DNA of 64,000 nucleotides from Deltaproteobacteria bacterium (GTDB lineage Bacteria > Myxococcota > B64-G9). The notes below the pieces were generated by a model. The model worked only from the letters and a program-made list of their open reading frames with translations, searched no databases and was not told the DNA's origin. The stretch's first letter is position 1, and each line of letters starts with the position of its first letter. A program made the position numbers and the translations under genes. The stretch covers positions 4,250 through 68,249 of the forward strand of contig JAFGRB010000371.1 in assembly GCA_016935365.1 (NCBI GenBank), in the 5' to 3' direction. Positions 41,199 through 50,200 of this stretch are shown here, piece after piece.

Positions 41199-42515
41199 TC
41201 AGGTGCCCGAGAACTGAACCGGCTCGAAGCGCATGCTGGGCGTACGCCAGGAGGAGTAGACATACGCGTCCTTGCCCATCTCGGCCAGCTTCTTCCAGAA
41301 CTCGAGGTGGTTGCCGGCCAGGTTCATCTCTGCCAGGGGACGGGCCCTTCGGCCCTTCTCGATCCAGTAGCCGCGGATGCCGATCGAAAAGTCGCCGGTG
41401 GCCGGGTTGGAGTTGCCGCCCGAGAAGCCCGTGATCAGAATCCCCGTCCCCATGGCGGCGAGCAGGCCGTCGAGGTCCCGCTCTCCGGCCTCGAAGACCA
41501 GGTTGGACGTCCCGGCTGTGGTGGGTTCCTTGCCCAGCTTGGACGCGTAGTAGGTGTCGAGGAAGAAGGTTTCGAGCTTGCCGCGCGTGAAGATGGGCCG
41601 CTTGATCGTGGACATGCCCTCGCCGTCATAGGTCCTGGAGGACAGCCCTCGCGGCAGGAGGGGATCGTCGACGATGGTCAGAGCCGCAGAGCCGATGTCC
41701 TGCCCGAGACGGTCGGCCAAGAAGGAGCGCTTCTGCTGGATGTCCTGGCCGTGCAGCGGCCCGATCAGGTCACCGAGCAGCCGGCCAGCCACGGCGTTCT
41801 CGATCGCGCAGGCGTACTGGCCGCTCTTCTCCGGCTTCGCACCCCGCATGCCCAGCGCCCGGCGCGTGGCCTCCTGGCCAATGGTGGCGATCGGCGGAAG
41901 ATCGGCCTTGTGCCGCTGGACCGCGTACCACCAGCCTTCCGGCTTGCGGTCGCCCTCATCCTTGACCGAGGTCTCGGCGAACAGCGCAAAGGTGGAGCGC
42001 CGGCGCTGGCCCTCCATGCCGTTGGAACAGACCATGGCGCTCTCGCTGGTCGAGTTGGAGCAGGATGAGGTCACCGAGATGATCTCGCCTGCGTCCGGGT
42101 TGGCGCGAGCGGCTTCCTCCAGGGACCTCGCGAGCTTGCGCCTTTCGGACGGGCTCATGGACGCCGTGTCGAAGACCTCCAGATCGCCCTGGAACCGGCT
42201 CGCATATCGGGCGGGGTCCGGCAGCTTGCGATGGGGATCGGCCGCCAGCACGCGGGTGGTGGCCACGGTGTCGTCCAGGAAGTGCTCGATGGCCGAGTCG
42301 CGCAGATCGCTCGTGGAGTTGGACGAGTAGCGTCCGTCCACGTAGAGCGTGACGCCCACGCCCATACGGGTGGACTCGCGCAGCCTGTCGATCTTGCCAT
42401 CTCGCCACTCCAGCTCTGAGTCCCGCGAACGGTAGACCGAGGCCTGCACGCCCTGCGCCCCGCGCGCCTTGGCCTTGTGCGCGACCTTGCGCGCCATCTC
42501 CAGCAGATCGCTCAT
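41199..42515 (-). CDS. pmbA: TldE/PmbA-family metallopeptidase partner subunit
   Basis: 438 aa with TldD/PmbA fold features (..GVGVTLYVDGRYSSNSTSD.., C-terminal ..RFEPVQFSGT). Lacks the HExxxH of TldD and has no signal peptide. 4-nt overlap with tldD. Confidence 0.8.
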   Translation of the reverse strand: MSDLLEMARKVAHKAKARGAQGVQASVYRSRDSELEWRDGKIDRLRESTRMGVGVTLYVDGRYSSNSTSDLRDSAIEHFLDDTVATTRVLAADPHRKLPDPARYASRFQGDLEVFDTASMSPSERRKLARSLEEAARANPDAGEIISVTSSCSNSTSESAMVCSNGMEGQRRRSTFALFAETSVKDEGDRKPEGWWYAVQRHKADLPPIATIGQEATRRALGMRGAKPEKSGQYACAIENAVAGRLLGDLIGPLHGQDIQQKRSFLADRLGQDIGSAALTIVDDPLLPRGLSSRTYDGEGMSTIKRPIFTRGKLETFFLDTYYASKLGKEPTTAGTSNLVFEAGERDLDGLLAAMGTGILITGFSGGNSNPATGDFSIGIRGYWIEKGRRARPLAEMNLAGNHLEFWKKLAEMGKDAYVYSSWRTPSMRFEPVQFSGT

Positions 42516-44068
42516 GACGCCCTCCCGCCGATGGAGATGGCCCCGACCCGGACCGTGGGCAGCCCGAAGCCCACCGGTACACGCTGGCCGTCCTTGCCGC
42601 AGGAGCCGCCGCCGGAGAACAGAAGCATGTCGTTGCCCACCATCTCCACGTGCTCCAGCACCTTGGGCCCGGAGCCGATCAAGTTGGCGTCCTTGACCAC
42701 CCGGGTCAGCTTGCCCTTCTCGATGAGCCGGCCGTGCTTGAGGTAGAAGGTGAAGTCGCCTGCGCCGATGTGGACCTGCCCGTTGGAGAAGACCTCGGCA
42801 TACAGCCCCTTGTCGACCGAGGCGATGATCTCTGCGGGGTCGTGCGGCCCGGAGACCATGTAGGTGTTCCGCATGCGGGGCACGGGCGGGTAGCGGAACG
42901 ACTGGCGGCGCCCGGAGCCGGTGGAGGCGACCGAGTAGTGCTTGGCCGAGATCCGATCGTGCATGTAGGAGCGCAGAATCCCCTTCTCGACCAGGACGGT
43001 GCGCTGGGCCGGGGCGCCCTCGTCGTCGATGTTGATAGAGCCGCGCATGCGATCGCAGGTCCCGTCGTCGCAGATCGTGACCTCGTCGGGGGCGACGCGC
43101 TTGCCGATCCGGTCGGCGTAGATGGAGACGCCCTTGCGGTTGAAGTCGGCCTCCATGCCGTGCCCCATGGCCTCGTGCAGCAGGATGCCGCTCACCCCCG
43201 GCGCGAGCACCACCGGCAGCTCTCCGACCGGGGCGCTGACCGCATCGAAGAGCTTGGTGGTGTAGTCGGCCGCCTCGTTCGAGAGCTTGTCGAGCACCTC
43301 GGGGCTGAAGAAGCGCAGCCCGTCTCGAGACGATACGCTCTGGTATCCGGTCTCGATCTGCTTGTCCTTGGCCGCCACGCAGGTGACGTACATCACGGCC
43401 ATGGGCTGCTCATCCTCGACCAGCAGGCCTTCGGAGTTGGCCACCAGGATGTGCGAGGTCTGATCGGCCAGGAAGATCGTCACCTTGATGATGCGCGGAT
43501 CCCGGCCGCGCGCCTTCGCGTTGGCCCGCTCGATCAAGGGCAGCTTCTTGTCGATGCCCACCTCGCTCCAGGGCAGCTCGACGGTGTAGCGGCTTTCTAT
43601 TTTGCGCGCGGCGAGCGGGGCTGCACGGATGCCGGGTGCGGCCGCATCGGCCACCGAGGCTGCGGTCTCAGCCGTCTCCAGCATGGCCTGCTCGGTCAGA
43701 TCCTCACAGTAGGCGAAGCCCGTGGCGTCCCCTTTGAGCACGCGTATGCCGGCGCCCAGATCGACGTTGGAGTAGGCGCGGTTGATCGCGGCATCCTCCA
43801 TGCCGACCCAGTGGCTGATCTTGTGCTGAAGGAAGACGTCGCAGAAGTCACCGCCGCGCGTCAGGCCCTTGCGGATGACCTTGCCGATCAGGCCGCCGTC
43901 CACCCCGAAGCCGTCGAAGTAGGTGCTGTGGGCCCCAGCTTCCCGGCCTGCTGCTCGGTGCAGACCGGTGCTGCCTCCGGTCGCACAACCCAGGGCCGGG
44001 ACCGACGCTGCGGCGGTGCCAGCTCCGATCCACTTGAGAAAGTCTCGACGATTGATGCCTTTTTGCAT
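42512..44068 (-). CDS. tldD: TldD-family metallopeptidase with twin-arginine (Tat) signal peptide (518 aa from ATG 44068; ORF track extends to 44353)
   Basis: MQKGINRRDFLKWIGAGTAAASVPALGCA is a canonical Tat signal (RRDFLK, AxA site) with GGAAGGAG Shine-Dalgarno upstream. Catalytic HEAMGHGMEAD (HExxxH) and C-terminal ..TVRVGAISIGG... Confidence 0.85.
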   Translation of the reverse strand: MQKGINRRDFLKWIGAGTAAASVPALGCATGGSTGLHRAAGREAGAHSTYFDGFGVDGGLIGKVIRKGLTRGGDFCDVFLQHKISHWVGMEDAAINRAYSNVDLGAGIRVLKGDATGFAYCEDLTEQAMLETAETAASVADAAAPGIRAAPLAARKIESRYTVELPWSEVGIDKKLPLIERANAKARGRDPRIIKVTIFLADQTSHILVANSEGLLVEDEQPMAVMYVTCVAAKDKQIETGYQSVSSRDGLRFFSPEVLDKLSNEAADYTTKLFDAVSAPVGELPVVLAPGVSGILLHEAMGHGMEADFNRKGVSIYADRIGKRVAPDEVTICDDGTCDRMRGSINIDDEGAPAQRTVLVEKGILRSYMHDRISAKHYSVASTGSGRRQSFRYPPVPRMRNTYMVSGPHDPAEIIASVDKGLYAEVFSNGQVHIGAGDFTFYLKHGRLIEKGKLTRVVKDANLIGSGPKVLEHVEMVGNDMLLFSGGGSCGKDGQRVPVGFGLPTVRVGAISIGGRAS

Positions 44069-44216
44069 CCGGCTCCTTCCTTTCCAGCGCAATGGACGAC
44101 TTCGGCTCCTTCTCAAGATAGGGGGCTTGCCCGGCACGGTCAAGACGTGAAACTGGAACCCGTTAGAGACCTGTGCTATCTCGAGAAACAGGTGCAGATG
44201 GCGGAGCGGAGGACCG

Positions 44217-44633
44217 ATGGACAAGCAGGAGTATCTCCATGAGTTGAATCGCTTGCGCAAGGAGTTCGCCTCGGCGACCGTCAACCCCGGCTCGTTCGAG
44301 TGCTCGGGCTGCGGGCAGTGCACCAGCTGCATGTTCTGCAAGGACTGCCGCAACTGCTACAAGTGCACCCACTGCAATACCTGTGAGCAGTGCTCCCATT
44401 CCAGCCACTCGGTCCAGTGCCGGCAGTGCCACAACTGCGCCTACTGCACCGACAGCGTCAACTGCTCGAGCTCTTCCTATCTGGTCATGTGCGAGAGCTG
44501 CGTGGACTGCACGTACTGCTTCGGGTGCGTGGGCCTCGGCAAGAGGGACTTCCATATCCTCAACCAGGCCTACGACCGCCAGACCTACTTCGAGATCACG
44601 ACCAAGCTCAAGCGGGCCCTGGGGATCCGCTAG
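44217..44633 (+). CDS. cysteine-rich small protein (138 aa; 26 Cys, mostly period-3 CxxC spacing)
   Basis: MDKQEYLHELNRLRKEFASATVNPGSFE-CSGCGQCTSCMFCKDCRNCYKCTHCNTCEQC-SHSSHSVQ-CRQCHNCAYCTD-SVNCSSSSYLVM-CESCVDCTYCFGCVGLG-KRDFHILNQAYDRQTYFEITTKLKRALGIR. Cys-free ~28-aa N-terminal and ~25-aa C-terminal helix-like regions flank the core. Protein-like codon usage. Confidence 0.6.
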   Translation: MDKQEYLHELNRLRKEFASATVNPGSFECSGCGQCTSCMFCKDCRNCYKCTHCNTCEQCSHSSHSVQCRQCHNCAYCTDSVNCSSSSYLVMCESCVDCTYCFGCVGLGKRDFHILNQAYDRQTYFEITTKLKRALGIR

Positions 44634-45394
44634 CTGCCGGACGTCGAGCAGGACGCGATCACGGTCTCGCTCTGTTCGTCGAAGGACCGGCCGTCGAAGT
44701 CGCCCAAGAGCTCGATATCCCTCAGGCCGGCGCTCCGCAGCAGGGCTTCGAGCTGTTCGGGAAAGAGATAGCGCTGGGGGATGCAGAACGCCTGCTCGTG
44801 CATCCGTCCATCGGGCTCCCGAATACGATAGAGGTATCTGGCCACCAGGATCTGGTTCGCTGGAATCCAGTCGCAGCGCTCCAGCACCTCGATGCGCCGG
44901 CCCTCGCTCTCGATGGTGCAGGTCGGGGAGAATTCCTCTTCGAGGTCGAGATCGGGCGCGGGCGTGAAGACCCGGTAGACATCGAAGATCAACCGGCCGC
45001 CGGGCGCCAGGTGCGCCCTTGTACAGCGCAGGCAGGAGAGCACGGCCGCCTCGCTCAGCAGACAGTACAATCCGTTGTATGGGATGATGATCCTGTCGAA
45101 GCACTCGCCGAGAGCGAATCCGGCCATGTCTGCGAGCACGAGCTGGGTGCGTTCGGACATGGCGCTCGAAAGCCGCGAAAGGCGCTGCTCGAACAGCGCC
45201 AGCATGCCGGGGTGGGTGTCCAGACCGACGAAGCGGTGTCCAGCCCGGACCAGCCCGAGACCCATCCGGCCACTTCCGCAACCGAGCTCCAGCACGGAGC
45301 CGGTGCCGCGGCAGGCGGCCAGATAGAAGCCCACGTCTCCGGGGCTGCCGCGGTGGACGAGGTCGTAGAGGTCGGGATCGTAGAGCGGTTCCAC
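44630..45394 (-). CDS. class I SAM-dependent methyltransferase
   Basis: Motif I VLELGCGSGRMGLGL, motif II-like ..FDRIIIPYNGLY... 254 aa. Convergent with the Cys-rich gene (stops overlap). Confidence 0.8.
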   Translation of the reverse strand: MEPLYDPDLYDLVHRGSPGDVGFYLAACRGTGSVLELGCGSGRMGLGLVRAGHRFVGLDTHPGMLALFEQRLSRLSSAMSERTQLVLADMAGFALGECFDRIIIPYNGLYCLLSEAAVLSCLRCTRAHLAPGGRLIFDVYRVFTPAPDLDLEEEFSPTCTIESEGRRIEVLERCDWIPANQILVARYLYRIREPDGRMHEQAFCIPQRYLFPEQLEALLRSAGLRDIELLGDFDGRSFDEQSETVIASCSTSGS

Positions 45395-45442
45395 GGCGAA
45401 AAGTTATACCACGCCGGCGGAGGCCGGAGTAGACTGCGCCGC

Positions 45443-46531
45443 GTGAAGGACCTGCGCGTGCTGCATATCGCCCCGCGGTGGAGCGCCCGGGGCGGCGCCG
45501 ATCAGTACCTGTTGGCCACGATGGATAGCCTGGCGCGCGAGGGCGTGGAGCAGCGCCTGGCCGTGGGAGCCGTGGATGGCAGCGCGGCGGGCGGGCGCTT
45601 TCCACTCGTGCGATGCGAGGGTCTGGATGCCCGCACAGCGATGGCCGCTGCGGAGATCGATCCCGTTGCTCGCGCATTCGCGCCCGATCGGATCCACCTC
45701 CACGCGGTGGTCAATCCCTGGGTGCTGGAGTGGGCCGCCGGTCTTGGAACACCTGCCGTGCTCTCCGTGCAGGACCATCGGTTTTTCTGCCCAGGGCGCG
45801 GAAAATGGACGCGGAGCGGCGAGGTCTGCTCCGCGCCCATGGGGGAGCATTGCGGGGACTGCTTCAGCGATGAAGCGTATTGCCGTTCCATCCTCGCGCT
45901 GACCCGCAGGCGCTTGCGGGCAGCGTGCGGGCTCTCTCACCTGCACGTCCTTTCGCGCTACATGCGCCGCGAGCTCGAAGCGGTCGGAGTGGACGGAGCG
46001 CAGATCGAGGTCCTCCCGCCTTGTGTGCATGGGCTCGATGTGGATGCAGAGGAGGTGCCGCGCGACGGCGTGCTCTTCGCCGGTCGTCTGGTGGCCGCCA
46101 AGGGTGTGGCGGACGCGGTGGCCGCCTGGCGGGAGAGCGAAGTCGGCGCGCGGCTGGTCTTCGCCGGGACGGGCAGCGCGAGGGCCGAGCTCGAGCGAGA
46201 GGGCTTCGAGGTCACGGGCTGGCTCGACCGGGAGCGACTCGCCCATGCATATCGGCGCTGCAGGGTCCTCGTCATGCCGTCCCGCTGGCAGGAGCCGTTC
46301 GGCATCGCCGGCCTCGAGGCGCTCGAGCTGGGTGCGCAGGTGGCGGCCTGGCGCAGCGGTGGCGTGGAGGAGTGGCACCCGGGGCCGCTGGCCGAATGGG
46401 GCGACGTGGAGGGGCTGGCTGCGATTCTGCGAGAGCTCTGGGCTCGGCCCCGCCGTGAAGAGGCCCGGATCTCGGTCAGCCCGCATGGCTTCGCATACGC
46501 GCTGCTCGCGCTGTACGCGAGAGTGACCTGA
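45443..46531 (+). CDS. glycosyltransferase family 4 (GT-B, GT1/GT4-like), GTG start
   Basis: N-term VKDLRVLHIAPRWSARGGADQYLLATMDSLAREGVE (GT4 N-domain). C-domain ..VLFAGRLVAAKGVADAV.. and E-x7-E region ..PSRWQEPFGIAGLEALELGAQVAA... ORF-track 44390 start is an antisense-frame extension. Confidence 0.75.
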   Translation: MKDLRVLHIAPRWSARGGADQYLLATMDSLAREGVEQRLAVGAVDGSAAGGRFPLVRCEGLDARTAMAAAEIDPVARAFAPDRIHLHAVVNPWVLEWAAGLGTPAVLSVQDHRFFCPGRGKWTRSGEVCSAPMGEHCGDCFSDEAYCRSILALTRRRLRAACGLSHLHVLSRYMRRELEAVGVDGAQIEVLPPCVHGLDVDAEEVPRDGVLFAGRLVAAKGVADAVAAWRESEVGARLVFAGTGSARAELEREGFEVTGWLDRERLAHAYRRCRVLVMPSRWQEPFGIAGLEALELGAQVAAWRSGGVEEWHPGPLAEWGDVEGLAAILRELWARPRREEARISVSPHGFAYALLALYARVT

Positions 46532-46541
46532 CGAGCGGCTA

Positions 46542-47171
46542 TCAGGCGGAGGTCTTGCCGCCGTCGGTGCCTGACCCGAGGCTGGAGTCGGGCCCGGAGC
46601 TGGAATCGGGCCCGGGGCCGGAATCGGGCTCGGGGCCGGAATCGGGCTCGGGGCCGGAATCGGGCTCGGGGCCGGAATCGGGCTCGGGGCTGGAATCGGG
46701 CTGGGGTTCGAGCTCGGCAGCCAGATCGTCGACCTCGCTGTGCGTATCGGCCAGGCCGCGCAGCATGAAGAAGACGCCGAGCAGCAAAAGGAGGATCGCG
46801 CCATCGCGGCACAGCGCGGCGACGGCCGCAGGCGTGAGCATCTCCGAGCCCACCGGCCGGAGCATGGCGTAGCAAAGCCACAGAAACGCCATGTAGCCGA
46901 TCTGGACGAAGCAGCGCAGGCGCGTGATCTCGATCGCCCAAGCCGCGAGAAAGACCAGCCCGACGACCAGCCCCGCATCGGCGGCGATCTGGATCCACAC
47001 GATGGTGCTTGCGGCGAGATCGAAGGTCAGCCCTCGCGCGGTCTCCGAGAAGGCGGCCAGGGAGATCAGATCCACAGCGACCAGCAGTACGATGACCAGG
47101 CGGGGTCTGAGGCTGCTCTCGGGGTCTCGATCTCTGCTCATGGCGCTCGTATAGCGCGTTCGGGCCCGCAA
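46542..47171 (-). CDS. membrane protein (4 TM) with C-terminal hexapeptide tandem repeat (PEPDSG)n
   Basis: TM helices (..LVIVLLVAVDLISLAAF.., ..IVWIQIAADAGLVVGLVFLAAWAI.., ..IGYMAFLWLCYAML.., ..AILLLLLGVFFML..). Tail ..EPQPDSSPEPDSGPEPDSGPEPDSGPEPDSGPGPDSSSGPDSS... Confidence 0.55.
   Translation of the reverse strand: MRARTRYTSAMSRDRDPESSLRPRLVIVLLVAVDLISLAAFSETARGLTFDLAASTIVWIQIAADAGLVVGLVFLAAWAIEITRLRCFVQIGYMAFLWLCYAMLRPVGSEMLTPAAVAALCRDGAILLLLLGVFFMLRGLADTHSEVDDLAAELEPQPDSSPEPDSGPEPDSGPEPDSGPEPDSGPGPDSSSGPDSSLGSGTDGGKTSA
46581..46706. repeat. 18-bp direct tandem repeat, ~7 copies (4 perfect GGCCGGAATCGGGCTCGG units plus degenerate flanking copies)
   Basis: Read directly: ..ggctggagtcgggcccgg agctggaatcgggcccgg ggccggaatcgggctcgg x4 ggctggaatcgggctggg... 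Encodes the PEPDSG repeats of the minus-strand membrane protein. Confidence 0.8.
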
Positions 47172-47203
47172 GGCAACAGACAGGAATCAGGGCCTCGGAG
47201 CGA

Positions 47204-50200
47204 TCAGGCCCTCAGCTCGGGCTGGCCGCGCGCCTCGCGCGCTTCCTCGCGTGGCTGCTCCCCCCGTTCGACCGCGTTGTTCAAGAAGACCGACAGGCGA
47301 TCGTTTTGCTTCCCCTCGCCGTCGTAGAACATGCCGACGACCGGAATCTTCAGCTCGGGCGCGAGCTTGCGGAAGATGGCCGTGGTCAGCGTACCGGGCA
47401 TGCAGCCGAAGGGCGCGCAGTTGACCACCAGCGCCGCGCCCTGCTCGGCGAACTTCATGGCCCGACCCAGGGTCAGAAGCGCCTCGCCCTCGAACTGCAC
47501 CGGCAGAAGCCGGCGGCCCGCATCGATCACGTCGTGGATGTCGGGCTCGCGCCGGTCGGCCAGGAAGGGCCCTGCCGCCTCCGTCATCTTGCGGTCTTGC
47601 TGGAAGACGTAGAGGTTCTTCAGGTCGGCGATCCACTTGGCAACGGGATTCCGGTTCCGGTCCCAGAAGGAGACCGACTGCATGACCGCCGTGTAGAGGA
47701 TCCATTCTCCCATAGGGGCCAGCCAGGCCTCCCCGCCGAAGCGTTCGATGGCTCCGACGACATCCTCGTTGGAGAAGGTGTTGCAGCGCACGTAGATCTC
47801 GCCCACGATACCCACCAGCGGCTTGGGCGCTCCCCTGCGAGGGATGGAGCGGAAGCGCTCGATCGACCCTGTGAGCGCCCTGCGAATGTCTCCCCGACCC
47901 TCCAGCACCTCGACGAGTCGCTGGGTCTCCTGCTCGAGCACGCGGTTCGTCTCGCCGGGTGTCACCTCGTACGGTCGGACCTTGCAGGTCGCCTTGAAGA
48001 GCCAGTCGGCCGCCAGCAAGGCCTTCCACAGATCCCGCCTCACGGGCTCGTCGATGCCCTGGTAGCTGTTGTAGGAAGAGGGGGACAGGAGGGCGGCTTC
48101 ACGCATGCCGATCTTGTCCAGTGCCTGGCGGTGCAGCGTGCGGTACTGCCCGAAGCGGCAGGGCCCCTCGGCGGTGGGCATGAACTCGGCGTGTCGGCGA
48201 GGGGGCAGCCCGCTCTCTCTCACCGCCTTGATGAAGGCACCCAGCGTGAGGCAGGTGGGCAGGCACTCGCTTCCGCGGGTCAGCGAGCGTCCGAGCTCGA
48301 AGGTCTCCTTGTCTTCCGGCGGAAGCGGCTGGGCCTCGTAGCCATGGCGCCGGAAGGCCGCCGCGAACAAGGGTGTGTTGACCGGATGCAGAGGTGGGAT
48401 CCAGATGATCCGATCCCGCATCTTCGTGGGCTCCGGGACGAAGCGAGGCCGGACGGACGGCTCGCTGTGGTTACGGCGCAGCACGTCGAAGTAGGCCTCG
48501 ATGCGGGTCATGTAGCCCGCATCGGCTCCATGTTCGTCGAGCTCCAATGCCAGAAATGGGCGGGTGGAGAAGACCTCCTCGGCAAAGGACTGCAGGAAGC
48601 TGTCCGGACCGCAGCTGAAGTTGGTCAGGTAGACCGCGTCCAGCAAGGGATCTGCGGCCACCCGCTCACAGGCGGACAGGATCTTCTGTCCATACGACCA
48701 GTAGGTATTGCGATACCGCTCCCCCAGGTCCTCGAGCTCGAAGTCCAGAAAGTCGAGCGGCAGCACGGTGCGGCCCTGCTCGGCGAGCTTGTGGGGCAGG
48801 TCCAGGTTCAGGCCGCTGTCGAAGCTGTTGTAGGGTCGACCGAGCAGCACCAGCAGCTTCTCGCCTTTTTGCCTCGCCTGCGAGAGGATCTTCTGGCCTT
48901 CGGCCCTGCAGGCCTGCTCGAACTCGCGCTGGGCCCGTAGCCCTTCCTGCCAGGCGATCCGAATCTGCTTCCGGTTCACACCCAGCGGCTTGCCGAGATC
49001 CCGTTCGAGCTGGGCGATCATGCGGCTGTGCCGCAGGCGCATGTCGATGACCGGGGAGAGGATATGGGCGGTGCGCAGGCCGTTCATGGCGAGCGCGCTC
49101 TTGCAGTACGAAGGCATGGCCTGGACATAGGGGCAGAACTTCGCCGCGGTCGTGTGCTCGTTCTGCTTCGCGGAGACCATGTGCGGCAGGAAGACGAAGT
49201 CCGCGCCCTCGTCGCTGGCCAGGCGAGCGGCGTGGCCGATGGCCACCTTGGCCGGAAAGCAGAACTCCGCGCCCGTGAGCTGGTTGGCGATCTCCTTGAC
49301 GATCTCGTCGGTCTGGCCCGAGAGCTGGATCCGGAAGCCGAGCGAGTTGAAGAAGCGCCTCCAGAGCGGCAGGTAGCTGAATGTGGTCAGCGCCTGGGGG
49401 ATGCCGATGACCGGTGCGTGCTCGTCCACCTCGAGGCCCCCACCCGATTGTCTCCAGAGACGCATCCTGGTCCTCAGCGGCTTGTCGTGTCGGTTGACCC
49501 GCATGCGCGTCTCTTCCGGATCGCGGCCGCACATGTAGCCCCAGGACGGCTTTTCATCCAATCCCTCGATGTCCGCAAAGGCGATCTTGCAGTTGTTCTG
49601 GCAGAGGGAGCAGGTCTCGTAGCGGATCTCGATCTTGCGACGGTCCAAGTCCAGCCCGAGAAAGGAACTTTTTTCGCTCCGCCGGCTCTCGAGCAACTGG
49701 CGGGTCAGCATGGCGACGCCGTAGGAGCCCATGACGTGACAGTAAGGCGATACGACCACCTGGACGCCCAGCAAGCGCTCGAACGCTGCCACCAGCGCCG
49801 GGTTGCGGGCCGTCGCGCCCTGGAAGAATATCTTCTCGCGGCTGTAGTGGCGGTTGCCCACGACCCGATTGAGGTAGTTCTTGACCACCGAGACCATCAC
49901 GCCCGCCAGCGCCTCCTCGGCGGGCATGCCGGACTGGACCATCTTCTCGACGTCCTGCTCCATGAAGACCGTGCAGCGGTCCGAGGTTCGCGGCGGTCGG
50001 ATGCCCAGCACGACCGAGCCGACTTTCTGCACCGGGTAGCCCAGCTTGCTGGAGACCTCCTCGACGAAGGAGCCGGTGCCCGCTGCGCAGACGTAGTTCA
50101 TGTTGGAGTCGCGGATGTGGCCGTCGACCACGTGCATGTACTTGGCGTCCTGACCGCCGATCTCGAAGATGGTGTCCACCTCGGGATCGGTCTGGACCGC

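Noticed and set aside
44069-44216. Looked for a sigma54 (-24 GG / -12 GC) promoter in the divergent tldD / Cys-rich-gene intergenic region
   Set aside because: GGCAC and TTGC elements occur but in the wrong order and spacing on both strands. Only a short TCTCGAGA palindrome is present.
46581-46706. Considered whether the 18-bp direct repeats could be a CRISPR array
   Set aside because: Repeats are directly tandem with no spacers, only 18 bp long, and lie in frame inside a coding sequence. No cas genes nearby.
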